DNA from: Patescibacteria group bacterium
GTDB taxonomy: Bacteria; Patescibacteriota; Minisyncoccia; Phycocordibacterales; Phycocordibacteraceae
Reading direction: 5' to 3'
NCBI GenBank assembly: GCA_040384705.1
Contig: JAZKIU010000001.1
Location: 405,847-469,846 of the forward strand
DNA length: 64,000 nt
Both the position numbers and the translations under genes were made by a program. Shown here piece by piece: positions 18,697-26,648 of this stretch (position 1 is its first letter; every line of letters starts with the position of its first letter). Under the pieces are notes generated by a model that did no database searches, was not told the origin of the DNA, and saw only the letters and a list, made by a program, of their open reading frames with translations.

Positions 18697-18884
18697 CAAA
18701 AAAAAGGCCGCTCACTGCCTTTCCAACCACGCTTACCACGGGTCAGTCGGCATAAAATCGGGCGTTGAGTACAAGAGACGATGCGCGCAAACGCCTCCCC
18801 GATGTGAGCGACCTAGAGCAAACTCCTTGCTTTGAAACCGAAGTCTCGCACTACGGACCCTGCTCCAAGGGTACCGGGAGCTGC
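18697..18884 (-). ncRNA. candidate structured non-coding RNA carried as a cassette
   Basis: TTGGAA-17-TAGTCT promoter, several hairpins incl. cUUCGg, 11-bp closing helix followed by U8; no substantial ORF. Confidence 0.55.
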
Positions 18885-18910
18885 ATAAAGACTAGCCTAG
18901 TTCTAAAGAA

Positions 18911-18936
18911 GTTCCAACATCGTCTCAAACCCCAGT
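18911..18936 (+). repeat. cassette-boundary repeat A, copy 8
   Basis: GTTCCAACATCGTCTCAAACCCCAGT. Confidence 0.85.
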
Positions 18937-18996
18937 AATAAAACAAAAAGCCGCCCAACAAAGTCAGGCGACTTTCGTTAGGCGGCAGGCTATTGT

Positions 18997-19197
18997 CTAG
19001 TTACCGCGATCGGGCTTCGTTCGCCAATCATCCTGATGGCGTGACATTTCGGCCGTGCGTTCACCGTGTCGTCTGCGCTGTTCATAGGAATCGTTGATTG
19101 TGTGATCGAACGCACCTTGTCGCGACATTTCCGCCATCTGTTCGCCGGCATGCTGTCTTGCGCGACGATCTTCTTCATCTCTCCAGTGTCGAGGCAT
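18997..19197 (-). CDS. small charged peptide with internal duplication, cassette cargo
   Basis: AAGGAG SD; HAGEQMAEMSR / RHGERTAEMSR repeat. Confidence 0.6.
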   Translation of the reverse strand: MPRHWRDEEDRRARQHAGEQMAEMSRQGAFDHTINDSYEQRRRHGERTAEMSRHQDDWRTKPDRGN

Positions 19198-19252
19198 TAC
19201 GTTTCTCCTTCGGGGTTCGAGTCTGGACAGAACCTATCACGATTGGATAAGG

Positions 19253-19278
19253 GTTCCAACATCGTCCCAGCCCCCAGT
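19253..19278 (+). repeat. cassette-boundary repeat A, copy 9
   Basis: GTTCCAACATCGTCCCAGCCCCCAGT (1-nt deletion). Confidence 0.9.
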
Positions 19279-19339
19279 CACGCTCAGACAAAAAGAAGCC
19301 GCCCTGAGGACGGCTGTTTTGATCACGAGGGATCGAGTA

Positions 19340-19639
19340 TCAGGGCGGACTGAGGTGGGATTTCTCCCGGTAGTAGCGGGCCAGGGAAACTCCCTTCCAT
19401 CCGTACGGCGTGTAGCCGAGGAGATCGCCGATGGGGTAGTAGTGAAGGCTGCCGACGGGATAATCCACAAGGTAGGACTCTATTCCTTCCATGCAGTGCT
19501 CGACGATGTACCACACCCACCAGACGCGAACGACTTTGCCGTCGCGCTCGCCGAGAGCCCTGGGCATCCAGGCGAATTCATAGTTCTTGCCTCGTTCCAG
19601 CGGTTCGGCTGGGCGAGAGGGACGTATATTAATCTTCAT
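19340..19639 (-). CDS. aromatic-rich hypothetical protein, cassette cargo
   Basis: AAAGGAAG SD-like; hairpin AGCCGCCC..GGACGGCT downstream. Confidence 0.6.
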   Translation of the reverse strand: MKINIRPSRPAEPLERGKNYEFAWMPRALGERDGKVVRVWWVWYIVEHCMEGIESYLVDYPVGSLHYYPIGDLLGYTPYGWKGVSLARYYREKSHLSPP

Positions 19640-19716
19640 CGTCACACTTCCTTTGTTCGATACCGCCACGTCCTGTGGCAGAACTCTAGACAGAAGCTAG
19701 CATATGTTGCAGGGGG

Positions 19717-19736
19717 GTTCCAACATAGTCCCAAAC
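19717..19736 (+). repeat. terminal half-copy of repeat A, copy 10
   Basis: GTTCCAACATAGTCCCAAAC, 18/20 to left part, lacks CCCCAGC end. Confidence 0.8.
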
Positions 19737-19787
19737 TATCCACCATAAAGTATGGAATCCCCAATTTGCTAATATGAGAATAAGCCC

Positions 19788-20078
19788 ATGCTTGATTTCA
19801 AATCCGCATATAATGACCTGCGCGAGAATCTTAAGACCCGGAAGCGGGTACTCATCGCGTGCATCGCTCTCGTGTTTCTAGCAGTTGCTGTGATTGGTCT
19901 ACTTATCCCCCTACTACCAACGAGCCTCATCGCCATACCAGGGCTCATTCTTCTCTCGCTCTATTCCCCGACGGTATATGCCTTTTTGAAGCAGAAGACG
20001 CAGAGTCACCCCAAGCTGCAGAGCAGGATGGATCGCATACGTAATGCTTTCATAAACTTCATTCACCCGTCTTCGTAG
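19788..20078 (+). CDS. small membrane protein (DUF454/PGPGW-like)
   Basis: IGLLIPLLP...IPGLILLS hydrophobic hairpin. Confidence 0.65.
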   Translation: MLDFKSAYNDLRENLKTRKRVLIACIALVFLAVAVIGLLIPLLPTSLIAIPGLILLSLYSPTVYAFLKQKTQSHPKLQSRMDRIRNAFINFIHPSS

Positions 20079-20124
20079 ATAGAAGTCGCGACGATCGTTA
20101 GAAACAGAAAACCGCCTAGCGGAG

Positions 20125-20335
20125 GTCTTCCTTCGCACGGAGCATACAAATTCCAACTCCTTGAGCTCCACTTGTGCCGCCGCCTCGCAGGTGTACGCTT
20201 GTTCTGGGTTGGTCTTCGGAGACGGAGCTTGGGTTATTCCCTTGGATGCCGAGCGATGGATCGTGCGATTATCGCTGCCTCGTTCACAAGCGGACTCTTG
20301 CTCCGTGTAAGCTCGGGGAGGAGCTGGCATCACCA
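20125..20335 (+). ncRNA. candidate rod-shaped RNA (6S-like)
   Basis: Nested pairings GCACGGAGCA/TGCTCCGTGT and CTTGTG/CACAAG, central GTCT-TCGG-AGAC, downstream terminator. Confidence 0.35.
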
Positions 20336-20389
20336 ACTCACTTCGTAGCCCGGACACGGTCCGGGTTTTTTGCTTTATACTCAGAACGT

Positions 20390-21562
20390 ATGGGTTTCCT
20401 ATCATTCAATAAGAAGAACGCGCATAACGTCGTGCTCATCGACGTGAGCTCCGCTTCCGTGCGGGGCGCGTATGCTCGCATAGAGGAAGGGAAGCCGCCC
20501 ACCATCTGCTATACCGCGCACATTTCCATAGAACCGCAGACCGGTACCCCGGAAGTCGCAACACCGCTCGCAGGCGACATGCTCCGGGCCCTTGAGGAGC
20601 TCGTAGGGATACTGCAGAAGGAAGGGGCGGCTGCGCTTCGCGAGGCGACCGGCTCCGCGCACGTGAAGCATGTCTTCGTTTCCATAGGTGCGCCCTGGCA
20701 GGAGTCGAACGTGCGCGTGGAAAGCTTCGAGAAGGAGACCCCATTCGTATTCACGCGCGCGCTTCTTGAGGAGGCGACCAAGAGGAACGAGCTTCCCGAG
20801 GGCATGGTCGAGTCCAGCGAGGCGGTCATCGCCACCATCCTCAACGGATACGAGTCACGGCAGCCGCTCGGCAAGCGAGTGAAGCATGCCGATCTCGTCA
20901 TACTGTCCTCCATGCTGAACGAGGAAGTGATGCGCTCGGTGGAGAAGACGCTCCGTCACGCATACCATACGCATGAGGTGACCATCGCCGCGTTCGCTCC
21001 TGTGGCGTTCGAGATATTGCGTGACCAATACCCGCACCAGAAGGACTTTCTCATCCTCGACGTGGCGGGGACGGCGACCGATATCGCGGTCGTGAAGGGC
21101 GGGCTCCTGGTGGACGTGAAGACCATCGGAAACGGCGTCCATGACCTATTGCGCGCTGCCCGCACTTCAGGAGTCACCGGTACGGGCCTTACCGGCCTCG
21201 GCGATGGGGCGGGCGGCATCATCGATCCGGCGAGGAACGCGCAGTTTGCAAGCAAGGTGACGGAGGTCCAGGCGCTCTGGCTCGAGAACCTGCGGGCGGT
21301 ACTGTCCGACTTCTCGGGGCGGCACCCGCTCCCGCGCACCATATTCCTGCTCGCTGACACCGAGACCCGCGACTTCCTTAAGCGCCTGCTCGATACCGAT
21401 ACGCTCCGCTCGCTGTGGTTATCTGATGTCCCGTTCTCAATCATCCCCGTGCTCGCGGAGCAATTCGCGGGACCGGTCGTGACCAAGCCGCCCGCAGGAG
21501 GGGACGCGTATATCGCCATGCTCGCCCTGTATTACGTGAAGCGAGTGGCTCATTCAGCTTAA
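20390..21562 (+). CDS. FtsA/PilM-like actin-fold protein (divergent)
   Basis: VLIDVSSASV and LILDVAGTATDI phosphate-loop-like motifs. Confidence 0.65.
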   Translation: MGFLSFNKKNAHNVVLIDVSSASVRGAYARIEEGKPPTICYTAHISIEPQTGTPEVATPLAGDMLRALEELVGILQKEGAAALREATGSAHVKHVFVSIGAPWQESNVRVESFEKETPFVFTRALLEEATKRNELPEGMVESSEAVIATILNGYESRQPLGKRVKHADLVILSSMLNEEVMRSVEKTLRHAYHTHEVTIAAFAPVAFEILRDQYPHQKDFLILDVAGTATDIAVVKGGLLVDVKTIGNGVHDLLRAARTSGVTGTGLTGLGDGAGGIIDPARNAQFASKVTEVQALWLENLRAVLSDFSGRHPLPRTIFLLADTETRDFLKRLLDTDTLRSLWLSDVPFSIIPVLAEQFAGPVVTKPPAGGDAYIAMLALYYVKRVAHSA

Positions 21563-21657
21563 TATCCTATCCACAGAACCCTCGGGGCGCTTTGCCCGGG
21601 CCCTGCGCGCTCTGTATACTTGGGAACATATCCCTTTCGGCTATTTAGACGCGCTTT

Positions 21658-22956
21658 ATGCAAAAAAACCTCAACGACATCATCCCGCCCTCACGACGCC
21701 GCGCGATGATGGGTGAAGACTCAGGAGCAGTTCCTGTTACGCTCACGCCGGACCTTCCACCACCCCCTCCTCGGATGGACTCTACCCCTCCCCAGATGCC
21801 GCGCAGGCCCGACCCTATTCGTACGCCTCGCCGCTTCCCGATGGGCACGCTCGTCATCGCGCTCCTGGTCATCGCAGGCTCGGTAGGCGCGCTCTTCGTG
21901 TTCTCGGGAGCAAGGGTCGAAGTAACCCCAACGGCGAATCCGGTCAGCGTCACCGGCACGTTCGCTTCTACTCTTGGTACGGGCGACCTCCCATTCGATA
22001 TCGTCACGGTCGAGAAGACCGCGACCGCGTCCATCGCTGCCGAGAGCACCGAGAATGTGACCCAGGCAGCCCAGGGCACCATCGTCGTATCGAACACCCA
22101 GGACGCTCCCCAGGCTCTCATCAAGAACACCCGCTTCGAGACCGAGGGCGGGCTTATCTTCCGTATCCGGGACTCCATAACGGTACCGAAGGCCGCTAAC
22201 GGCCAGCCAGGGACCCTTACGGTCACCGTATACGCAGATGAGGCAGGGGAGCGGTACAACGTACCCGCTACCTCCTTCACCCTTCCGGGCCTTGCCGGCA
22301 CTGATACCTTCACCAAGGTGACCGCACGCTCCGCTGACGCTATGCGCGGTGGGTTCTCGGGCGCGCGCCCTACCGTGTCGGACGCTACCAAGGAGGCGGA
22401 GTATGCGAAGCTCCAGGCTACGCTCGATACCGAGCTCAAGGCCGCAATTGCTGCCGAAGTCGCGAAGCGCCCTGGCTTCGTGCTGGTGCCGGGAGCTACC
22501 GCTTCCACGTTCGAAGAGCAGCCTGACACCGCAGGAGCGGGCAACACGGTCGAGATAGGGAACAAGGGCTCGATACGCGGGGTCATCTTCCCCGAGGAAG
22601 CGCTCGCACGCACCATCGCGTACCAGTCGGTCGGTACCTATTCAGGCCAGCCGCTCAAGTTCAAGGATCTCGCGGGTCTCGCACTCGCTCCAGCCGAAGG
22701 ACTCATCCCAACGGTAGGCGAGGAGACCTTCTCCTTCACCCTTACGGGCAACACCACCCTCGTGTGGAAGGTTGATACGAGCAAAATAGCGGGTGCGGTG
22801 GCCGGAAAGACCCGGGACGCAGCCGAGGTAATGCTTCAGGGATTCCCCGAGGTAGATAGCGCTCTGCTCGTACTTAAGCCGTTCTGGGTAGGTTCATTCC
22901 CCCAGGATCCGGAGAAGATAACGGTCACGGTGGCGGGTGAAGAGGAGGTTAAATAG
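21658..22956 (+). CDS. membrane-anchored CPR-conserved protein (baseplate-J-like region)
   Basis: DIIPP start, TM helix, AQGTIVVSN..LIKNTRF, VYADEAGERYN, FTLPGL. Confidence 0.6.
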   Translation: MQKNLNDIIPPSRRRAMMGEDSGAVPVTLTPDLPPPPPRMDSTPPQMPRRPDPIRTPRRFPMGTLVIALLVIAGSVGALFVFSGARVEVTPTANPVSVTGTFASTLGTGDLPFDIVTVEKTATASIAAESTENVTQAAQGTIVVSNTQDAPQALIKNTRFETEGGLIFRIRDSITVPKAANGQPGTLTVTVYADEAGERYNVPATSFTLPGLAGTDTFTKVTARSADAMRGGFSGARPTVSDATKEAEYAKLQATLDTELKAAIAAEVAKRPGFVLVPGATASTFEEQPDTAGAGNTVEIGNKGSIRGVIFPEEALARTIAYQSVGTYSGQPLKFKDLAGLALAPAEGLIPTVGEETFSFTLTGNTTLVWKVDTSKIAGAVAGKTRDAAEVMLQGFPEVDSALLVLKPFWVGSFPQDPEKITVTVAGEEEVK

Positions 22957-22997
22957 GCTTCCGGGCCGCAGCTATGCCCTCAAATTGCGGAGGGTAG

Positions 22998-23026
22998 TTG
23001 ACGCTGATTACTAATATTGTTAATGT
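22998..23026 (+). promoter_or_regulatory. promoter of infA-alpha operon
   Basis: TTGACG-17-TAATGT. Confidence 0.6.
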
Positions 23027-23039
23027 AGCTAGGCATCAC

Positions 23040-23258
23040 ATGGCAGAAGGAAAAGGGGTAGATACAGTAACCGGCACCGTTGAAGAGGTGCTTCCTAATT
23101 CGTTATTTCGAGTAAGGATGCCGACCGGAGAACTACTACTCGCATACCTCGCCGGTAAAATGCGGTTGCACCGTATCCGCGTGCTCGTTGGTGACCAGGT
23201 CGAACTGGTCACTGACCCGTATGGGGGACGTGCCCGTATCGTGAGGCGTTTGTCGTAA
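23040..23258 (+). CDS. infA: translation initiation factor IF-1
   Basis: GTVEEVLPNSLFRV, AGKMRLHRIRVLVGD. Confidence 0.95.
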   Translation: MAEGKGVDTVTGTVEEVLPNSLFRVRMPTGELLLAYLAGKMRLHRIRVLVGDQVELVTDPYGGRARIVRRLS

Positions 23259-23264
23259 CAAAAA

Positions 23265-23381
23265 ATGAAAGTCCGCGCATCAATCAAGGTCCAGCAGCCT
23301 GGAGATATCATCGTCCGCCGTCGCGGACGCTTGTACCGTATCAACAAGCGCAATCCACGTCGCAAGGCTCGTCAGGGGTAA
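23265..23381 (+). CDS. rpmJ: 50S ribosomal protein bL36, Cys-free form
   Basis: Translated by hand: [38 protein letters not shown]; canonical position. Confidence 0.93.
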   Translation: MKVRASIKVQQPGDIIVRRRGRLYRINKRNPRRKARQG

Positions 23382-23412
23382 TTTCAGTATTTAAACTTTC
23401 CATTTCATTCCT

Positions 23413-23793
23413 ATGCGTATCGCCGGTGTAACACTTCCTGATGACAAGCAGCTGCTCTATGCGCTGCCGCTTATCTATGGCATCGGCCCAGCTCGCTCAC
23501 GCGACATTTTGAAGGAGGCAGGCATCGCGGAGAACGCGAAGGGTAAGGATCTTTCCGCCGACGAGGAGCAGAAGATCCGTCTTCTTGCAGAAGCCTTCAC
23601 CATCGAAGGTGAGCTCCGTCGCCAGGTCGGCACCGACATCAAGCGCTTGAAGGATATCCGTTCCGCACGTGGCATCCGTCATGAGCGCCGTCTCCCGGTC
23701 CGCAACCAGCGTACCAAGACCAACTCCCGCACCGTCCGTGGGAACACCCGTAAGACTATGGGTTCTGGTCGCCGTACGCTCGAGAAGACCTAA
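23413..23793 (+). CDS. rpsM: 30S ribosomal protein uS13
   Basis: RIAGV, IYGIG, RGIRH..LPVR.QRTKTN. Confidence 0.97.
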   Translation: MRIAGVTLPDDKQLLYALPLIYGIGPARSRDILKEAGIAENAKGKDLSADEEQKIRLLAEAFTIEGELRRQVGTDIKRLKDIRSARGIRHERRLPVRNQRTKTNSRTVRGNTRKTMGSGRRTLEKT

Positions 23794-23817
23794 TCCTGTC
23801 TACTTCACTAAATTCCT

Positions 23818-24252
23818 ATGGGTAAGAAACGTATCATCAAGAAGTCGGGTAGGGGCATGGACCAGGGCCGCAAGGAGCGCGCTCTCGGCAAGTCCGTCAA
23901 GAAGCGCCTCGAGCGCGGTGTGCTCCATGTCGAGGCTACTTTCAACAACACCAAGGCAGTGCTCACCGACGAGAAGGGCAACACCTTCATTACCTCGTCC
24001 GCAGGCGCGCTCGGCTTCTCCGGCGCCCGCAAGTCCACTCCTTACGCAGCCGCTAAGGTGGGCGAGCTCATCGGAGAGCGCGCTGTCGCCATTGGCCTTA
24101 AGGAGGCATCCGTTGTTATTCGTGGTATCGGCGCCGGACGCGAGAGCGCACTCCGCGCATTCGCCGGCAAGGGCATCGCTATCCGCGCTATCAAGGACGC
24201 AACGCCGGTGCCGCACAACGGCCCGCGCCCTAAGAAGGCACGTCGCGTCTAA
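23818..24252 (+). CDS. rpsK: 30S ribosomal protein uS11
   Basis: ATFNNT, RKSTPYAA, PVPHNG. Confidence 0.97.
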   Translation: MGKKRIIKKSGRGMDQGRKERALGKSVKKRLERGVLHVEATFNNTKAVLTDEKGNTFITSSAGALGFSGARKSTPYAAAKVGELIGERAVAIGLKEASVVIRGIGAGRESALRAFAGKGIAIRAIKDATPVPHNGPRPKKARRV

Positions 24253-24258
24253 ACCAGT

Positions 24259-24876
24259 ATGAAACTAGGACCAAAATACAAAATCGCTAAGCGCCTCGGT
24301 GCTTCCGTATTCCCGAAGACCCAGACGCAGAAATTCGCGCTCGCGGAGGAGCGTGCCGCCATGAACAAGAAGCGTGGCCGCCGCAACAACCAGACCGAGT
24401 TCGGCAAGCAGCTCCTCGAGAAGCAGAAGGTACGTATGACGTACGGCATCAGCGAGCGCCAGTTCTCCAACTACGTCGCGCAGGCGACCTCAACGCACGG
24501 CGTCGTGCCATCCGAATTGCTCCACCGCCTCCTCGAGCTCCGTCTTGATAACGTGGTGTACCGCCTCGGGCTTGCTCCGAGCCGCCGTGCCGCTCGCCAG
24601 ATGACGTCGCACGGGCACATCACCGTGAACGGCGTGAAGACCACCATCCCTTCGAGGATGATGCGTCCTGGCGACAAGATAGCCGTCCGTGAGGGTTCAA
24701 AGTCAGCGGTGCTCTTCGAGAACTTCGCGGAGAAGTTCGCAGAGCGTCCGACCCTTTCGTCGTGGCTCATGTGGGATCCTAAGAAGATGGAAGGCGGCAT
24801 CAACGAACTGCCGACCGAAGCTTCGGCGGAGACCGCAGGGGACCTGGTCGCGGTGCTCTCGTTCTACAGCCGATAG
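24259..24876 (+). CDS. rpsD: 30S ribosomal protein uS4
   Basis: QLLEKQKVR..YG, LELRLDNVVYRLG, ARQMTSHGH. Confidence 0.97.
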   Translation: MKLGPKYKIAKRLGASVFPKTQTQKFALAEERAAMNKKRGRRNNQTEFGKQLLEKQKVRMTYGISERQFSNYVAQATSTHGVVPSELLHRLLELRLDNVVYRLGLAPSRRAARQMTSHGHITVNGVKTTIPSRMMRPGDKIAVREGSKSAVLFENFAEKFAERPTLSSWLMWDPKKMEGGINELPTEASAETAGDLVAVLSFYSR

Positions 24877-24911
24877 TTCGTTTTATTACCCATTGGTTAA
24901 TCGATTGCGTC

Positions 24912-25871
24912 ATGGAATACCACATCACCCTCCCGTCTAAGCCTCGTGTCGTCACTGAAGAAGGTCTTCAGGGCATCTACGAGATAGATTCGCTTTATCC
25001 CGGCTACGGCCACACGCTCGGCAACTCGCTTCGCCGTATCATCCTTTCGTCCCTTCCGGGAGCGACCGTTACGGCCGTTAAGATAGATGGCGTCTCTCAC
25101 GAGTTCGCCACCATCGAAGGCGTCCGCGAGACCGTCATGGAAGTGCTCCTCAACCTCAAGCGCGTGCACTTCACGCTTCAGGGTGACGAGCCGCAGACCA
25201 TCAGCATTTCAGTAAAGGGCCCGAAGCAGGTGACTGCAGCGGACTTCAACCTTCCTTCGCAGGTGGAGATAGCGAACCCGGGCCAGCACATCGCTGACAT
25301 CGCGGGCAAGATATCGTTCGACCTCGAGGCTACCATCGAGCGCGGCCTCGGCTACGTGCCGCGCGAGGTCCTTACCAAGGAGAAGGTGGACATCGGCACC
25401 ATCGCGCTCGATGCGACCTTCACCCCTATCCGCCGCGTGAACTACGAGGTTGAGGACATGCGTGTCGGTGACCGCACCAACTTCAACCGCCTCCGCATCC
25501 TCATCGAGACGAACGGAACCATCACACCTCGTGAGGCGCTCGAGCGTTCGATAGAGATAATGATCCACCAGCTCAAGTCCGTTGTGGGCTTCCAGGAGGA
25601 GAATGAGCAGGTTTCCGTCTCATCTTCCGAGCCTAAGGCGCTTGGTGGCGAGAAGGCAGCAGGAAAGGACCCAGCCAAGGTTAAGCTCGATGAGCTCGGC
25701 CTTCCTGCACGCATCGTCACGGCGCTCGAGGAGGGTGGCATCAAGTCCGTAGCAGGTCTCGTCCGCAAGACCGCGTCTTCTCTTAAGGAGCTCGACGGGG
25801 TCGGCGACAAGGCGGTCGTAGAGATAGTCGAGGCGCTCGACGCGCTCGGACTCGAGCTCAAAGGCGAGTAA
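24912..25871 (+). CDS. rpoA: RNA polymerase alpha subunit
   Basis: GYGHTLGNSLRRIILSSLPG, HEFATIEGV, DATFTPIRRVNY. Confidence 0.97.
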   Translation: MEYHITLPSKPRVVTEEGLQGIYEIDSLYPGYGHTLGNSLRRIILSSLPGATVTAVKIDGVSHEFATIEGVRETVMEVLLNLKRVHFTLQGDEPQTISISVKGPKQVTAADFNLPSQVEIANPGQHIADIAGKISFDLEATIERGLGYVPREVLTKEKVDIGTIALDATFTPIRRVNYEVEDMRVGDRTNFNRLRILIETNGTITPREALERSIEIMIHQLKSVVGFQEENEQVSVSSSEPKALGGEKAAGKDPAKVKLDELGLPARIVTALEEGGIKSVAGLVRKTASSLKELDGVGDKAVVEIVEALDALGLELKGE

Positions 25872-25910
25872 TTCGACGTATTCATCAGAAAGTGGTAAAA
25901 GAAAGGACGT

Positions 25911-26261
25911 ATGCGGCATCAACATAAAGGACGGACATTCGGGAGGACCCACGATCAGCGCACCGCGCTGATGAAGGGCCTCATGCGCTCGCTCATCATC
26001 CATGAGCGTATTTCGACGACCGAGGCCAAGGCCAAGGAGCTCCGCCCTATCATGGAGAAGCTCGTCTCCCATGCCCGCAAGGACACGGTAGCGGCCCGCC
26101 GCCTCGTCACTGCGCGCCTCGGCGACGACGAGGCCGTCGTGAAGCTCTTCACCACCATCGCTCCTCGCTACACGGAGCGCCCAGGCGGGTACACCCGTAT
26201 CGTGAAGCGTGCAGCCTCGGCTACCGACGGCCGCAAGCAGGCCTACATCGCCTTCGTATAA
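25911..26261 (+). CDS. rplQ: 50S ribosomal protein bL17
   Basis: MRH, TTEAKAKELR, RPGGYTRI. Confidence 0.97.
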   Translation: MRHQHKGRTFGRTHDQRTALMKGLMRSLIIHERISTTEAKAKELRPIMEKLVSHARKDTVAARRLVTARLGDDEAVVKLFTTIAPRYTERPGGYTRIVKRAASATDGRKQAYIAFV

Positions 26262-26265
26262 TCCT

Positions 26266-26640
26266 ATGACTACCAAGACACAAAAAGGCGAGCGCACGCT
26301 CTACACCATCGACGCAAGCGGAGGCCACCTCGGCCGCGTGGCTTCTGAAGCTGCATCCGTACTCCTCGGCAAGAAGTCGGTGAACTTCGTTAAGAACGAG
26401 GTCCTTCCGGTTGAGGTCGAGATAGTGAACGCCTCGAAGCTCGTCATGAGCGAGAAGCGCATCGCCGGCAAGGAGTACACACGCTACACCGGGTACCCAG
26501 GCGGTCTCCGCATCACCTCGCTTGCTGCCCTCATCGAGAAGAAGGGTGTCGGGGAAGCGCTCCGCAAGGCAGTCGACGGCATGATCCCTCGCAACAAGCT
26601 CCGCAAGGAACGCATGAAGCGCCTTACTATCACCGATTAA
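26266..26640 (+). CDS. rplM: 50S ribosomal protein uL13
   Basis: IDA...LGRVAS, YTGYPGGL, AVDGMIPRNKL. Confidence 0.95.
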   Translation: MTTKTQKGERTLYTIDASGGHLGRVASEAASVLLGKKSVNFVKNEVLPVEVEIVNASKLVMSEKRIAGKEYTRYTGYPGGLRITSLAALIEKKGVGEALRKAVDGMIPRNKLRKERMKRLTITD

Positions 26641-26648
26641 TCTTCGTT

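Noticed and set aside
228-19736. Repeat A as classical integron attC or as IS terminal repeats
   Set aside because: No RYYYAAC/GTTRRRY paired palindrome, all copies direct, no IntI or transposase in the window
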